Positions 1 through 16,731 of a DNA stretch of 64,000 nt are shown in pieces. Location: NCBI RefSeq assembly GCF_030384885.1, contig NZ_CP128613.1; one strand, given 5' to 3'. The stretch's first letter is position 1. The number at the start of each line of letters is the position of its first letter. A program made the translations under genes and the position numbers. The DNA comes from Escherichia coli. Lineage in GTDB: Bacteria; Pseudomonadota; Gammaproteobacteria; Enterobacterales; Enterobacteriaceae. The notes beneath the pieces are model-generated. The model searched no databases. It was given only the letters and a program-made list of their open reading frames with translations, and was not told the origin of the DNA.

Positions 1-3306
<3,306 letters not shown>

Positions 3307-3479
3307 TACTTACCCGCAGAAATCATTCTGCGGGTATTAAGTTACTTTCTTATAAATTAATACAGATTAATCCTGGTTATTTGCTTTATTTATCACCAGT
3401 CATCCGGTATAGTTCTTCATAATCTCTGCAAAATCATCATGTTGTAATATTCTCTCATCACTCTCCATCAAATTTTCTT

Positions 3480-3497
3480 TTTTTCTCCATAATTGGC
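3480..3497 (+). promoter_or_regulatory. BaeR response-regulator box in the spy promoter
   Basis: TTTTTCTCCATAATTGGC matches the BaeR consensus as I recall it (TTTTTCTCCATDATTGGC), about 140 bp upstream of the spy start. Confidence 0.5.
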
Positions 3498-3635
3498 GCA
3501 AAAGTGTTTTTTACACTTTCATTGTTTTACCGTTGCTCTGATTAATTGACGCTAAAATCAGTAAAGTTAATCTCGTCAACACGGCACGCTACTTAAGAAA
3601 GCCGTAATAAATAACTGAAAGGAAGGATATAGAAT

Positions 3636-4121
3636 ATGCGTAAATTAACTGCACTGTTTGTTGCCTCTACCCTGGCTCTTGGCGCGGCTAACCTGGCCCA
3701 TGCCGCAGACACCACTACCGCAGCACCGGCTGACGCGAAGCCGATGATGCACCACAAAGGCAAGTTCGGTCCGCATCAAGACATGATGTTCAAAGACCTG
3801 AACCTGACCGACGCGCAGAAACAGCAGATTCGCGAAATCATGAAAGGCCAGCGTGACCAGATGAAACGTCCGCCGCTGGAAGAACGTCGCGCAATGCATG
3901 ACATCATTGCCAGCTATACCTTCGATAAAGCAAAAGCTGAAGCGCAGATCGCAAAAATGGAAGAACAGCGCAAAGCTAATATGCTGGCGCACATGGAAAC
4001 CCAGAACAAAATTTACAACATCCTGACGCCGGAACAGAAAAAGCAATTTAATGCTAATTTTGAGAAGCGTCTGACAGAACGTCCAGCGGCAAAAGGTAAA
4101 ATGCCTGCAACTGCTGAATAA
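3636..4121 (+). CDS. spy: Periplasmic ATP-independent chaperone Spy
   Basis: 161-aa ORF with signal peptide (MRKLTALFVASTLALGAANLAHA) and repeated LTxxQ motifs (LNLTDAQKQQI, LTPEQKKQF). Confidence 0.93.
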   Translation: MRKLTALFVASTLALGAANLAHAADTTTAAPADAKPMMHHKGKFGPHQDMMFKDLNLTDAQKQQIREIMKGQRDQMKRPPLEERRAMHDIIASYTFDKAKAEAQIAKMEEQRKANMLAHMETQNKIYNILTPEQKKQFNANFEKRLTERPAAKGKMPATAE

Positions 4122-4143
4122 TCTTTCAGCCAAAAAACTTAAG

Positions 4144-4207
4144 ACCGCCGGTCTTGTCCACTACCTTGCAGTAATGCGGTGGACAGGATCGGCGGTTTTC
4201 TTTTTTG
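4144..4207 (+). terminator. Rho-independent terminator of spy
   Basis: Long near-perfect stem (accgccggtcttgtccac / gtggacaggatcggcggt) followed by a T-run (ttttcttttttg). Confidence 0.6.
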
Positions 4208-4245
4208 TTCTCAAACAGATGCAAAAAAAGCCTGATCGCCACTAA

Positions 4246-5746
<1,501 letters not shown>

Positions 5747-5759
5747 TGTTGACTCCGAG

Positions 5760-5779
5760 TGCTGGTTATCTATCCAGTG
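5760..5779 (-). promoter_or_regulatory. LexA operator (SOS box) of cho
   Basis: Reverse complement reads CACTGGATAGATAACCAGCA, the cho/ydjQ SOS box as I recall it; sits just upstream of the cho start. Confidence 0.55.
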
Positions 5780-5844
5780 TAACAGGCGGGGAGCGATTAA
5801 AAAAGAGGCGGGTCGATGACAAAGGTTACACCATGAGACGTGCT

Positions 5845-5931
5845 ACGCCTGTCAGGCCTATTCGACTCCTGCAATGTATTGAATTTGCATAGTTTTGTAG
5901 GTCGAATAAGGCGTTCACGCCGCATCCGGCG
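5845..5931. repeat. REP/BIME-like repetitive extragenic palindromic element
   Basis: tgtaggtcgaataaggcgttcacgccgcatccggcg (5896..5931) resembles the E. coli REP consensus; a second degenerate copy (acgcctgtcaggcctattcga) lies about 50 bp upstream. Confidence 0.5.
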
Positions 5932-5975
5932 TGAACAAAGGGCTCTTTTTCGCACAAGCCAATATGTGCAAATTA

Positions 5976-6803
5976 TTACTTTTTCCAGAAATCATCGAAA
6001 ACGGTAATTGGCGGACGGCGTTTATGTTCAGTTTTCAGATACCAGTTCTCTATTGTTCTGGCGACCTGTTCAGGTACGTTTTTCCCTTCCAGATAGTCGT
6101 CGATATTGTCATAGGTCACGCCGAGTGCCACTTCATCTGGCAGAGAAGGGCGATCATCTTCCAGATCGGCCGTTGGGGCTTTCTTATAAAGATGTTCCGG
6201 ACAACCTAATGCCGCCAGTAACTGTTTACCCTGACGTTTGTTGAGGCGATACAGCGGATTAATGTCCGTACCGCCGTCACCATATTTAGTGAAGAATCCG
6301 GTAATGGCTTCTGCTGCATGATCGGTGCCCACCACGACACCGCTGGTCATACCCGCAATGCTATATTGTGCTTTCATCCGCTCACGCGCTTTTTCATTGC
6401 CACGGACAAAATCACTTAATTCAATACCCGCTTCGCGCAGCGCCTGTTCGCTGGCCAATACCGCGCCCTTGATATTAACGGTTAATACGCGATCCGGTTG
6501 AATAAAGGCAATGGCATCCTGACAATCTTGTTCGTCGGCCTGAACACCATAGGGCAGGCGTACGGCAATAAATTGCAGCGATTCGTTGCCGGTTTCCTGG
6601 CGCAGCTCATTAATCGCCATCTGGCACAGCTTACCGGCAAGCGTGGAGTCCTGACCGCCGCTGATCCCGAGCACCAGTGATTTAATGAACGGATAAGTTT
6701 GCAGGTAGCTTTTCAGAAAATCGACACTACGACGAATTTCCTCTTCAGCATTAATCTGCGGTTTTGCGCCCAGCGCCTTTATTATTTGTTGTTGCAATGT
6801 CAT
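5976..6803 (-). CDS. nadE: NH3-dependent NAD+ synthetase
   Basis: 275-aa [19 protein letters not shown]... with PP-loop motif SGGQDS. Confidence 0.93.
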
Positions 6804-7004
6804 TGAACCCCTCCAGACAGAAAAGACAAAACTTCCTTAAAGCTAACCCGTTGCTACTGAAACGACAAGCGACAGCGGGCTGAATGGTGGTTAAAACGTC
6901 ATACAGGAATCCTCTGAAAGCGGAGCCGTTTCGTTCACGGGCTTGAAAAAGCGCCCAATGTATTCCAGGCTTATCTAACACGCTGATAAACAAGAGGACG
7001 GAAT

Positions 7005-7343
7005 ATGAACAAGAATATGGCAGGAATTCTGAGTGCAGCGGCGGTATTAACCATGCTGGCGGGTTGTACGGCTTATGATCGTACCAAAGACCAGTTTGTA
7101 CAGCCTGTGGTGAAAGACGTCAAAAAAGGCATGAGCCGGGCGCAGGTTGCACAAATTGCGGGTAAACCTTCGTCTGAAGTGAGCATGATTCATGCTCGTG
7201 GTACTTGCCAGACCTACATCCTGGGTCAACGTGATGGTAAAGCAGAAACCTACTTTGTCGCGTTAGATGATACCGGACATGTCATCAACTCCGGTTATCA
7301 GACCTGTGCTGAATACGACACTGATCCACAGGCTGCGAAGTAA
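7005..7343 (+). CDS. osmE: Osmotically inducible lipoprotein OsmE
   Basis: 112-aa ORF with lipobox (LAGCTA). Confidence 0.9.
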
Positions 7344-7376
7344 TCACTTCGTCTGAAAGCTTGAGTAACAACGGAA

Positions 7377-7401
7377 ACCGGCCATTGCGCCGGTTTTTTT
7401 T
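7377..7401 (+). terminator. Rho-independent terminator of osmE
   Basis: Stem accggc/gccggt followed by an 8-T run. Confidence 0.65.
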
Positions 7402-7443
7402 GGCCTGTGTTCTTAATTATCTTCGCGAATTATTTGCCCGAAA

Positions 7444-7459
7444 TGTGAAGAGGGTCATA
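7444..7459 (+). promoter_or_regulatory. Candidate CRP site in the chb promoter
   Basis: TGTGAagagggTCATA matches TGTGA-N6-TCACA with one mismatch, about 190 bp upstream of chbB. Confidence 0.4.
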
Positions 7460-7641
7460 ACCACAGGTCAAGGAGAGACAATTTATAAGGTCAAAGAAAT
7501 ACTATTGCTCAGGTCTATACCGTATACTCCTTTCAGCCACAAAAAAAGTCATGTTGGTTTCGCAAGTTACCCAGAGCATGGAAGCAGGTTAAGGCTTGCG
7601 GAGTGTCTGGCTGACAGATAATCGTCGATGAGGGCAGTTTT

Positions 7642-7962
7642 ATGGAAAAGAAACACATTTATCTGTTTTGTTCTGCGGGCATGTCTACCTCTTTACTGGT
7701 ATCAAAAATGCGCGCACAGGCAGAAAAATATGAAGTTCCGGTCATTATTGAAGCATTTCCGGAAACACTGGCTGGTGAAAAAGGTCAGAATGCCGATGTC
7801 GTGTTATTAGGGCCGCAGATTGCTTATATGTTGCCCGAAATCCAGCGTTTGTTACCCAACAAACCGGTTGAAGTAATTGACTCGCTGCTTTATGGCAAAG
7901 TCGATGGTTTAGGCGTGCTTAAGGCTGCGGTTGCAGCGATTAAAAAAGCCGCAGCAAATTAA
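7642..7962 (+). CDS. chbB: PTS chitobiose/cellobiose-specific EIIB component
   Basis: 106-aa [23 protein letters not shown] with the active-site Cys of lactose-family EIIB. Confidence 0.9.
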   Translation: MEKKHIYLFCSAGMSTSLLVSKMRAQAEKYEVPVIIEAFPETLAGEKGQNADVVLLGPQIAYMLPEIQRLLPNKPVEVIDSLLYGKVDGLGVLKAAVAAIKKAAAN

Positions 7963-8046
7963 TTTATTTTAAATTTTCCCGTCAAAGAGTTATTTCATAA
8001 ATCAATACCGCAATATTTAAATTGCGGTTTTTAAGGGTATTTTTCT

Positions 8047-9405
8047 ATGAGTAATGTTATTGCATCGCTTGAAAAGGTACTCCTCCCTTTTGCAGTTAAA
8101 ATAGGAAAGCAGCCACACGTTAATGCAATCAAAAATGGCTTTATTCGCTTAATGCCGTTAACCCTTGCGGGGGCCATGTTTGTATTAATTAACAACGTTT
8201 TTCTAAGCTTTGGGGAGGGGTCGTTTTTTTATTCCTTAGGTATTCGCCTGGATGCCTCAACCATTGAAACACTTAATGGTCTGAAAGGTATTGGCGGCAA
8301 CGTATATAACGGAACATTAGGGATAATGTCTTTAATGGCACCGTTCTTTATTGGCATGGCGCTGGCAGAAGAGCGTAAAGTCGATGCGCTGGCGGCTGGG
8401 TTGTTATCCGTTGCAGCATTTATGACCGTCACCCCATATAGTGTCGGTGAGGCCTATGCGGTTGGCGCAAACTGGTTAGGTGGGGCGAATATCATCTCCG
8501 GGATTATTATTGGCCTGGTGGTGGCAGAAATGTTTACCTTTATTGTCCGCCGCAATTGGGTCATTAAATTGCCCGACAGCGTACCTGCTTCAGTATCGCG
8601 TTCCTTCTCGGCATTAATTCCCGGCTTTATTATTCTTTCCGTGATGGGGATTATTGCCTGGGCGTTGAATACCTGGGGCACCAACTTCCATCAGATCATT
8701 ATGGATACCATCTCAACCCCACTGGCATCGTTGGGTAGCGTGGTGGGCTGGGCCTATGTGATCTTTGTTCCACTGCTCTGGTTCTTCGGTATTCATGGTG
8801 CGCTGGCGCTGACCGCACTGGACAACGGCATTATGACGCCGTGGGCGCTGGAAAATATCGCGACCTATCAGCAATATGGTTCCGTCGAAGCGGCGCTGGC
8901 AGCCGGTAAGACCTTCCATATCTGGGCCAAGCCGATGCTGGACTCCTTTATTTTCCTTGGGGGCAGTGGTGCGACTTTAGGCCTGATCCTGGCTATCTTT
9001 ATCGCCTCTCGCCGTGCTGATTATCGTCAGGTGGCAAAACTGGCGCTGCCGTCCGGCATCTTCCAGATTAACGAACCGATTCTGTTTGGTTTGCCAATTA
9101 TCATGAACCCGGTGATGTTTATCCCGTTTGTACTGGTGCAACCGATTCTGGCGGCAATCACTCTGGCAGCGTACTACATGGGCATTATTCCTCCGGTGAC
9201 CAATATTGCACCGTGGACCATGCCAACCGGTCTGGGGGCCTTCTTTAACACCAACGGTAGCGTCGCCGCATTGCTGGTCGCACTCTTCAACCTTGGTATC
9301 GCAACGTTAATTTATCTGCCCTTTGTTGTGGTCGCTAACAAAGCACAAAACACGATTGATAAAGAAGAGAGCGAAGAAGATATCGCTAATGCCCTGAAAT
9401 TTTAA
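8047..9405 (+). CDS. chbC: PTS chitobiose/cellobiose-specific EIIC permease
   Basis: 452-aa polytopic membrane ORF directly after chbB. Confidence 0.93.
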   Translation: MSNVIASLEKVLLPFAVKIGKQPHVNAIKNGFIRLMPLTLAGAMFVLINNVFLSFGEGSFFYSLGIRLDASTIETLNGLKGIGGNVYNGTLGIMSLMAPFFIGMALAEERKVDALAAGLLSVAAFMTVTPYSVGEAYAVGANWLGGANIISGIIIGLVVAEMFTFIVRRNWVIKLPDSVPASVSRSFSALIPGFIILSVMGIIAWALNTWGTNFHQIIMDTISTPLASLGSVVGWAYVIFVPLLWFFGIHGALALTALDNGIMTPWALENIATYQQYGSVEAALAAGKTFHIWAKPMLDSFIFLGGSGATLGLILAIFIASRRADYRQVAKLALPSGIFQINEPILFGLPIIMNPVMFIPFVLVQPILAAITLAAYYMGIIPPVTNIAPWTMPTGLGAFFNTNGSVAALLVALFNLGIATLIYLPFVVVANKAQNTIDKEESEEDIANALKF

Positions 9406-9455
9406 TCGATGCCGGTAGGAGTAATCGTGCCGGCAAGAAAAGAGAGGAACGATGT

Positions 9456-9806
9456 ATGATGGATCTCGATAACATTCCCGATACGCAAACAGAAGCTGAA
9501 GAGCTGGAAGAAGTGGTGATGGGACTTATCATCAACTCCGGACAAGCGCGCAGCCTGGCGTATGCCGCACTGAAACAGGCGAAGCAGGGCGATTTTGCCG
9601 CAGCAAAAGCCATGATGGATCAGTCACGGATGGCATTGAATGAAGCGCATCTGGTACAGACGAAACTGATTGAAGGCGATGCGGGCGAAGGTAAGATGAA
9701 AGTGAGTCTGGTGCTGGTCCACGCTCAGGATCATTTAATGACGTCCATGCTTGCGCGTGAACTGATTACTGAATTAATTGAGCTTCATGAAAAACTGAAG
9801 GCATAA
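9456..9806 (+). CDS. chbA: PTS chitobiose/cellobiose-specific EIIA component
   Basis: 116-aa ORF in operon position. Confidence 0.9.
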   Translation: MMDLDNIPDTQTEAEELEEVVMGLIINSGQARSLAYAALKQAKQGDFAAAKAMMDQSRMALNEAHLVQTKLIEGDAGEGKMKVSLVLVHAQDHLMTSMLARELITELIELHEKLKA

Positions 9807-9813
9807 GGAGTTG

Positions 9814-10656
9814 ATGATGCAGCCAGTGATTAACGCGCCGGAAATTGCCACTGCCCGAGAACAGCAGTTGTTTAATGGCAAAAACTTCCATGTGTTTATC
9901 TACAACAAAACTGAGAGTATCAGCGGACTGCATCAGCACGACTATTATGAATTTACTCTGGTATTAACCGGGCGTTACTTCCAGGAGATTAATGGTAAGC
10001 GCGTGTTACTGGAACGGGGCGATTTTGTTTTTATTCCGTTAGGTTCGCACCATCAAAGTTTTTATGAGTTTGGTGCCACGCGCATATTGAACGTTGGGAT
10101 CAGTAAACGCTTTTTTGAGCAGCATTACCTGCCGTTGTTGCCTTATTGCTTTGTCGCTTCGCAGGTATACCGGACCAATAACGCTTTTCTCACCTATGTG
10201 GAAACAGTGATTTCTTCATTGAATTTCCGCGAAACAGGGCTGGAAGAGTTTGTTGAGATGGTGACTTTTTATGTCATTAACCGTTTGCGTCATTACCGCG
10301 AAGAACAGGTGATTGATGATGTACCGCAGTGGCTGAAAAGTACGGTAGAAAAGATGCATGATAAAGAGCAGTTTAGTGAATCGGCGCTGGAGAATATGGT
10401 GACGTTGTCAGCCAAATCACAGGAATATTTGACGCGAGCGACTCAACGATATTATGGCAAAACACCAATGCAGATTATTAATGAGATCCGTATTAATTTT
10501 GCCAAAAAACAACTGGAAATGACCAACTATTCCGTGACGGATATTGCGTTTGAGGCCGGTTATAGTAGCCCGAGCTTGTTTATTAAAACGTTTAAGAAAT
10601 TAACGTCCTTTACGCCTAAGAGCTATCGTAAGAAATTGACTGAATTTAATCAGTAA
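9814..10656 (+). CDS. chbR: AraC-family dual regulator of the chb operon
   Basis: Track ORF from TTG 9811; ATG at 9814 gives the 280-aa protein [10 protein letters not shown]...; C-terminal AraC helix-turn-helix. Confidence 0.88.
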   Translation: MMQPVINAPEIATAREQQLFNGKNFHVFIYNKTESISGLHQHDYYEFTLVLTGRYFQEINGKRVLLERGDFVFIPLGSHHQSFYEFGATRILNVGISKRFFEQHYLPLLPYCFVASQVYRTNNAFLTYVETVISSLNFRETGLEEFVEMVTFYVINRLRHYREEQVIDDVPQWLKSTVEKMHDKEQFSESALENMVTLSAKSQEYLTRATQRYYGKTPMQIINEIRINFAKKQLEMTNYSVTDIAFEAGYSSPSLFIKTFKKLTSFTPKSYRKKLTEFNQ

Positions 10657-10758
10657 GTCGTTATACCTGACAATTAACATATCTGTCCTGTTGCTGGATT
10701 ATTTATGTCCGGGGGCAGATATGCCAGATATCAGTATTCTGTACTGAAGGGAGAAATT

Positions 10759-12111
10759 ATGAGCCAGAAATTAAAAGTCGTCACTATTGGTGGCGGGAGC
10801 AGCTATACCCCGGAATTACTGGAAGGATTTATTAAGCGTTATCACGAATTGCCGGTCAGCGAATTATGGCTGGTGGATGTCGAAGATGGTAAAGAGAAAC
10901 TGGATATTATTTTTGATCTCTGCCAACGGATGATTGATAACGCTGGCGTCCCGATGAAGCTTTATAAAACGCTGGATCGCCGCGAAGCATTGAAAGATGC
11001 TGATTTCGTTACTACCCAACTGCGCGTAGGCCAATTACCGGCGCGCGAACTGGATGAACGTATTCCATTAAGTCATGGTTATCTTGGTCAGGAAACTAAC
11101 GGCGCGGGCGGTTTGTTTAAAGGTCTGCGTACCATTCCGGTGATTTTTGACATCGTAAAAGATGTCGAAGAACTTTGTCCGAATGCATGGGTGATTAACT
11201 TCACTAACCCGGCGGGAATGGTCACTGAAGCCGTTTATCGTCATACCGGATTTAAACGCTTTATCGGCGTGTGTAATATTCCGATCGGCATGAAGATGTT
11301 TATTCGCGATGTTCTGATGCTGAAAGACAGCGATGATTTATCTATCGATTTGTTCGGCCTCAACCATATGGTGTTCATTAAGGATGTGCTGGTAAATGGC
11401 AAATCACGCTTTACCGAATTGCTTGATGGTGTGGCATCCGGGCAGTTAAAAGCATCTGGCGTTAAAAATATTTTCGATCTGCCATTTAGCGAAGGCTTAA
11501 TTCGTTCTCTGAATCTGTTGCCGTGTTCTTATTTGCTTTATTACTTCAAGCAAAAAGAGATGCTGGCTATTGAAATGGGCGAATACTACAAAGGCGGCGC
11601 ACGTGCGCAGGTAGTACAGAAAGTCGAGAAACAACTTTTTGAGCTATATAAAAACCCGGAGTTGAATGTTAAGCCGAAAGAGCTGGAACAGCGCGGTGGG
11701 GCTTATTACTCTGATGCAGCGTGCGAAGTGATCAACGCTATCTACAACGACAAGCAAGCAGAACATTACGTTAATATCCCGCATCATGGGCATATTGATA
11801 ATATTCCGGCAAACTGGGCGGTAGAAATGACCTGTACGCTGGGGCGCGATGGGGCGACGCCACATCCGCGCATTACGCATTTCGATGATAAAGTGATGGG
11901 GCTGATTCACACCATCAAAGGCTTCGAGATTGCTGCCAGCAACGCCGCACTTAGCGGGGAATTTAACGATGTGTTACTGGCGCTAAACCTTAGTCCGTTG
12001 GTGCATTCCGATCGCGATGCTGAGCTGCTGGCACGCGAGATGATTCTGGCGCACGAGAAATGGCTGCCAAATTTTGCCGACTGCATCGCAGAGCTTAAAA
12101 AAGCACATTAA
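10759..12111 (+). CDS. chbF: 6-phospho-beta-glucosidase (glycoside hydrolase family 4)
   Basis: Track ORF 10705..12111; start set at ATG 10759 (MSQKLKVVTIGGGSSYTPEL, NAD-binding motif), 450 aa. Confidence 0.9.
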   Translation: MSQKLKVVTIGGGSSYTPELLEGFIKRYHELPVSELWLVDVEDGKEKLDIIFDLCQRMIDNAGVPMKLYKTLDRREALKDADFVTTQLRVGQLPARELDERIPLSHGYLGQETNGAGGLFKGLRTIPVIFDIVKDVEELCPNAWVINFTNPAGMVTEAVYRHTGFKRFIGVCNIPIGMKMFIRDVLMLKDSDDLSIDLFGLNHMVFIKDVLVNGKSRFTELLDGVASGQLKASGVKNIFDLPFSEGLIRSLNLLPCSYLLYYFKQKEMLAIEMGEYYKGGARAQVVQKVEKQLFELYKNPELNVKPKELEQRGGAYYSDAACEVINAIYNDKQAEHYVNIPHHGHIDNIPANWAVEMTCTLGRDGATPHPRITHFDDKVMGLIHTIKGFEIAASNAALSGEFNDVLLALNLSPLVHSDRDAELLAREMILAHEKWLPNFADCIAELKKAH

Positions 12112-12882
<771 letters not shown>

Positions 12883-12892
12883 GTAAGGTGGT

Positions 12893-12920
12893 AAGGTCAC
12901 TCCCCAGGGGGCGTGACCTT
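12893..12920. terminator. Bidirectional terminator between convergent chbG and katE
   Basis: 8-bp perfect arms aaggtcac/gtgacctt enclosing a CCCC/GGGG stem. Confidence 0.5.
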
Positions 12921-12928
12921 ATCCATAT

Positions 12929-15190
12929 TTACGCCGGGATTTTGTCAATCTTAGGAATGCGTGACCACACGCGGTGTGCTGCCATCAGCGTTAACAGTTC
13001 ATCCATAAAACTACCATCGGCGCTATCGGCTTCTACAATACCTTCTTCACCCTGATCATCAACTTTGATTGTCGCCTTAAACTTGCGCGCGTCTCCTGCC
13101 AGTGCAATCGGTTTGAGGTGTTTGTAGGCTTCCATCAGGTAGTAGTTGGCATCGCCGTTGTCAGCGATGTCCGCGATATTGCCGCAAGGGACAATGACCG
13201 CATCGACCGTCAGCGAAGGCGCTCCGGCAAAGGTAGCGGCTATAGGCAGCACAGTACCGTCATCCGCAGTCACTTCACCCATTCGAGAGTAGAGTAGTTT
13301 GGCATGAACGCCTTTGGCCTTCAGCGCCTTGAGAATGGCCAGAAGGTCTGCCGATCTCACTTCATCATTAAGCAAAATCGCTACCACGCGACCTTTCACA
13401 TCACCGTCAGGAATGGCGTACAGACTTAAGGATGGATCCTTTTTCAGACCGTTGACGTCCGGAGGCGGAGTGATATTCAGCTGGTCGTCAGTCAGTTCGA
13501 TACCGAGATTTTTCGCCACTGCCTGGGCCAGAGTGAGATCAATATGCGCCAGTTGGTCTACAACGCGCTCACGAATATAAGGGCGTACAACTTTGCTTAA
13601 CTCAAAACTGAAACCATCGACAATATGCCGCTGCTCGAACGGCGTCTGACTTAACCAGAACAGGCGCGGATGAGAATAATATTCGCCAAATGACGGGCTA
13701 CGTTCGCGCACTTTATTGCCTTCCACGCGCTCCTGATATGACTCAAATCCGCCACGTTTTGGCCCTGGTGGTGTTTCGCGCGGCCAGTTATCGTTGATCG
13801 AGTTGGGTTCGTAATTCGCCGGGTTAGTGTCGATACCCATGCGGTGCATGCCATCACGCTGGAAGTTGTGGTATGGGCAGGTCGGGCGGTTAATCGGAAT
13901 TTCATGGAAATTGGGTCCGCCAAGACGACTGATTTGTGTATCGGTATAGGAGAACAAACGTCCCTGTAACAGGGGATCGTTGGTGAAGTCCAGACCTGGA
14001 ACAATATGACCTGGATGGAAAGCTGCTTGTTCGTTTTCGGCAAAGAAGTTATCCGGATTACGATTGAGCACCATTTTGCCGACACGCTGAACGGGCACCA
14101 GTTCTTCCGGGATAAGTTTAGTTGGATCAAGAAGGTCGAAGTCGAACTTAAATTCATCTTCTTCAGGAATCAACTGGAAGCCCAGTTCGTATTCCGGGAA
14201 ATCACCTGCTTCAATCGCTTCCCACAACTCGCGGCGGTGGAAGTCCGGGTCACGTCCGGTTAGTTTTTGTGCTTCATCCCAAACGAGCGAGGCTTTACCT
14301 GCCAGTGGTTTCCAGTGGAAACGAACGAACGTCGCTTTACCTTCGGCGTTAATCAGACGGAAGGTATGAATACCAAAGCCTTCCATAGTGCGGTAACTGC
14401 GCGGGATCCCGCGATCCGACATCGCCCACATCACGTTGTGCAGAGTTTCAGGTTGCAGAGAAACATAATCCCAGAAAGTATCGTGAGCACTTTGCCCTTG
14501 CGGAATTGCCCAATGCGGTTCTGGTTTTACCGCATGGACAAAATCAGGGAATTTATGCGCATCCTGAATAAAGAAGATCGGTGTGTTGTTACCAACAAGG
14601 TCAAAAATACCCTCTTCAGTGTAGAACTTGGTCGCGAAGCCACGGATATCTCGCACCGTATCCGCCGAGCCAGCACCACCCTGAACGGTAGAGAAACGTA
14701 CAAATACTGGGGTGATTTTGTTCGGATCTGAGAGGAAATCCGCTTTGGTGATATCGCTTAAGCTTTTATATGGCTGGAAATAACCGTGAGCGGCTGATCC
14801 GCGCGCATGAACAATTCGTTCCGGGATGCGCTCATGGTCAAAGTGAGTGATTTTCTCGCGCAGAATAAAATCTTCCAGCAGTGTTGGGCCACGGCTACCG
14901 GCGCGTAGGGAGTTTTGATCATCGGCGATGCGTACACCCTGGTTGGTGGTAAGTGCATAATTTTCACTACCTTTGCGTACGTCTTCCAGAGAATTAAGTT
15001 TTTCGTTACGCGTATCAGGGGCTTTCAGGCTCCCTGGGGCGGTAGGTTGTGCACCTGGCGGTGTTGGTTCAGCCGCTGGACGATGAGATCCGTCCTCAGG
15101 TGCCAGTGAGTCCATCCCCGGTTTCGCTTCGCTGGAATCGTGTAGTGGTGACTGGTGCTGATGTGGGTTCTTTTCGTTATGTTGCGACAT
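12929..15190 (-). CDS. katE: Catalase HPII
   Basis: 753-aa ORF with catalase motifs ([22 protein letters not shown]); size typical of large-subunit catalases. Confidence 0.95.
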   Translation of the reverse strand: MSQHNEKNPHQHQSPLHDSSEAKPGMDSLAPEDGSHRPAAEPTPPGAQPTAPGSLKAPDTRNEKLNSLEDVRKGSENYALTTNQGVRIADDQNSLRAGSRGPTLLEDFILREKITHFDHERIPERIVHARGSAAHGYFQPYKSLSDITKADFLSDPNKITPVFVRFSTVQGGAGSADTVRDIRGFATKFYTEEGIFDLVGNNTPIFFIQDAHKFPDFVHAVKPEPHWAIPQGQSAHDTFWDYVSLQPETLHNVMWAMSDRGIPRSYRTMEGFGIHTFRLINAEGKATFVRFHWKPLAGKASLVWDEAQKLTGRDPDFHRRELWEAIEAGDFPEYELGFQLIPEEDEFKFDFDLLDPTKLIPEELVPVQRVGKMVLNRNPDNFFAENEQAAFHPGHIVPGLDFTNDPLLQGRLFSYTDTQISRLGGPNFHEIPINRPTCPYHNFQRDGMHRMGIDTNPANYEPNSINDNWPRETPPGPKRGGFESYQERVEGNKVRERSPSFGEYYSHPRLFWLSQTPFEQRHIVDGFSFELSKVVRPYIRERVVDQLAHIDLTLAQAVAKNLGIELTDDQLNITPPPDVNGLKKDPSLSLYAIPDGDVKGRVVAILLNDEVRSADLLAILKALKAKGVHAKLLYSRMGEVTADDGTVLPIAATFAGAPSLTVDAVIVPCGNIADIADNGDANYYLMEAYKHLKPIALAGDARKFKATIKVDDQGEEGIVEADSADGSFMDELLTLMAAHRVWSRIPKIDKIPA

Positions 15191-15393
15191 TGAACTCGTC
15201 TCCTTAATGTATTACTGAAAGGGCCGCTGTTTTGGTCAAAAAACTCTCTAACTATAGACCACCAGCCAGATCCCGCTTCGGAGACTATTCTGGAAACGGT
15301 GTTATGAAATACACGCAAAGCGGGACGTACAGGGGCTAAATCGGCTAAACTACAGTTTTTCTGATTTTTAATATGCGTTTAGTGAAGCCAGTA

Positions 15394-15636
15394 ATGAAGA
15401 AACCGCTCCGTCAGCAAAACCGCCAGATTATTAGCTATGTCCCACGCACGGAACCCGCGCCGCCAGAACATGCGATAAAGATGGATTCGTTTCGTGATGT
15501 CTGGATGCTGCGTGGCAAATATGTTGCGTTTGTACTGATGGGAGAGTCATTTCTGCGCTCACCGGCGTTTACTGTGCCTGAATCCGCCCAGCGTTGGGTA
15601 AATCAGATCCGCCAGGAAGGGGAAGTGACTGAGTAA
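15394..15636 (+). CDS. cedA: Cell division modulator CedA
   Basis: Track ORF 15373..15636; start set at ATG 15394 (MKKPLRQQNRQIISYVPRTEP), 80 aa. Confidence 0.85.
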   Translation: MKKPLRQQNRQIISYVPRTEPAPPEHAIKMDSFRDVWMLRGKYVAFVLMGESFLRSPAFTVPESAQRWVNQIRQEGEVTE

Positions 15637-15912
15637 GGATTACGTACCTCCCGGTTTTGCCGGGAGTTACATGGCCTGAAATTTTGTATTTCATTGCTAC
15701 ATTCATTCAAACCACCTGTAACAAAAAGCTGCCTTTGACGATCTATTGCTATAAATAAGTGATCTTTTTTCTTTAATTGTTTATTTATTTTAAAATGGTT
15801 AAGTTTTGCTAATCATGATGAGCTATTTTTGATAGTTCATCCTGTGGCGTCGCTCTTAAACTTATATTGTAAATGACTTAGATTTAAATGAGATAATAAT
15901 TTTGTTAACAAT

Positions 15913-16728
15913 ATGAGGCGGGAGATGTTTTCTACAAACTTAATACAGAGTAATTATGGTGATTTAAATATTAAAAGCCTGGCTTTCGACTCTTTTAAAG
16001 AAAGGCTGCAGTCTACTATGACAGCACTCACTTTCTTTATATCAACGGGGCAATGTGACTGCGATGAAATAGCAGAATCAAACTTTAATTATATGATTGC
16101 CTATATGTCTAACATTAACTATGATGCCTCAAAGCCAGGAGCGCCAGCACTTAGTTTTGATACATATCTGCAGGACAATGTTAAATATAGAGTAATAATT
16201 AATAATCTTTATGGTAGTGAAATTCGGATAAGAGGTATAAATAAAGATTTTATTGGAATGGATGTCGCTTCTGTATTTCGCCCAGAAAAGATGACCAATT
16301 TGATCAATATAAAAAACAGGTTGGTTATTCACTATTTAAGGACTATATACTATGAACAAAATTATATACATCCTGCCGGGAGTATTTTTTCTGCAATTCA
16401 AAAAAATGAGAGTCTCCTAAAGTTTCCTTCGGTAATATCAATGCTTAATGTCAATCTTCTTTTTAATCCACTGAATCTTCCGGGAATGGGAAGTGGTGTG
16501 CTTGAAGAGATTATGAGTATTTCAGATAGTTCACTTAGAAAACGTCTTGGGTATGAGGTTTTAAGCTTCTCGCTACAAGCACATTCATTGAGTCAGGAAT
16601 GTATTGATAAGTTAGCCATTTTTTTCGCTGACGATCTGTTTAAATATGAGTCAGTATGCATCGCCGCGATGGAACATTTAAAAAGTAAGGCAACGGCCCC
16701 TATACAAAACGGACCGTTGCCAGCATAA
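15913..16728 (+). CDS. ydjO: Uncharacterized protein YdjO (AT-rich)
   Basis: 271-aa ORF (a second in-frame ATG at 15925 would give 267 aa); strongly AT-rich with AT-rich upstream region. Confidence 0.8.
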   Translation: MRREMFSTNLIQSNYGDLNIKSLAFDSFKERLQSTMTALTFFISTGQCDCDEIAESNFNYMIAYMSNINYDASKPGAPALSFDTYLQDNVKYRVIINNLYGSEIRIRGINKDFIGMDVASVFRPEKMTNLINIKNRLVIHYLRTIYYEQNYIHPAGSIFSAIQKNESLLKFPSVISMLNVNLLFNPLNLPGMGSGVLEEIMSISDSSLRKRLGYEVLSFSLQAHSLSQECIDKLAIFFADDLFKYESVCIAAMEHLKSKATAPIQNGPLPA

Positions 16729-16731
16729 GAA

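Noticed and set aside
15913-15925. Alternative ydjO start at the second in-frame ATG (15925)
   Set aside because: Both starts are plausible and neither has a strong SD; I kept the track ORF and flag the ambiguity.
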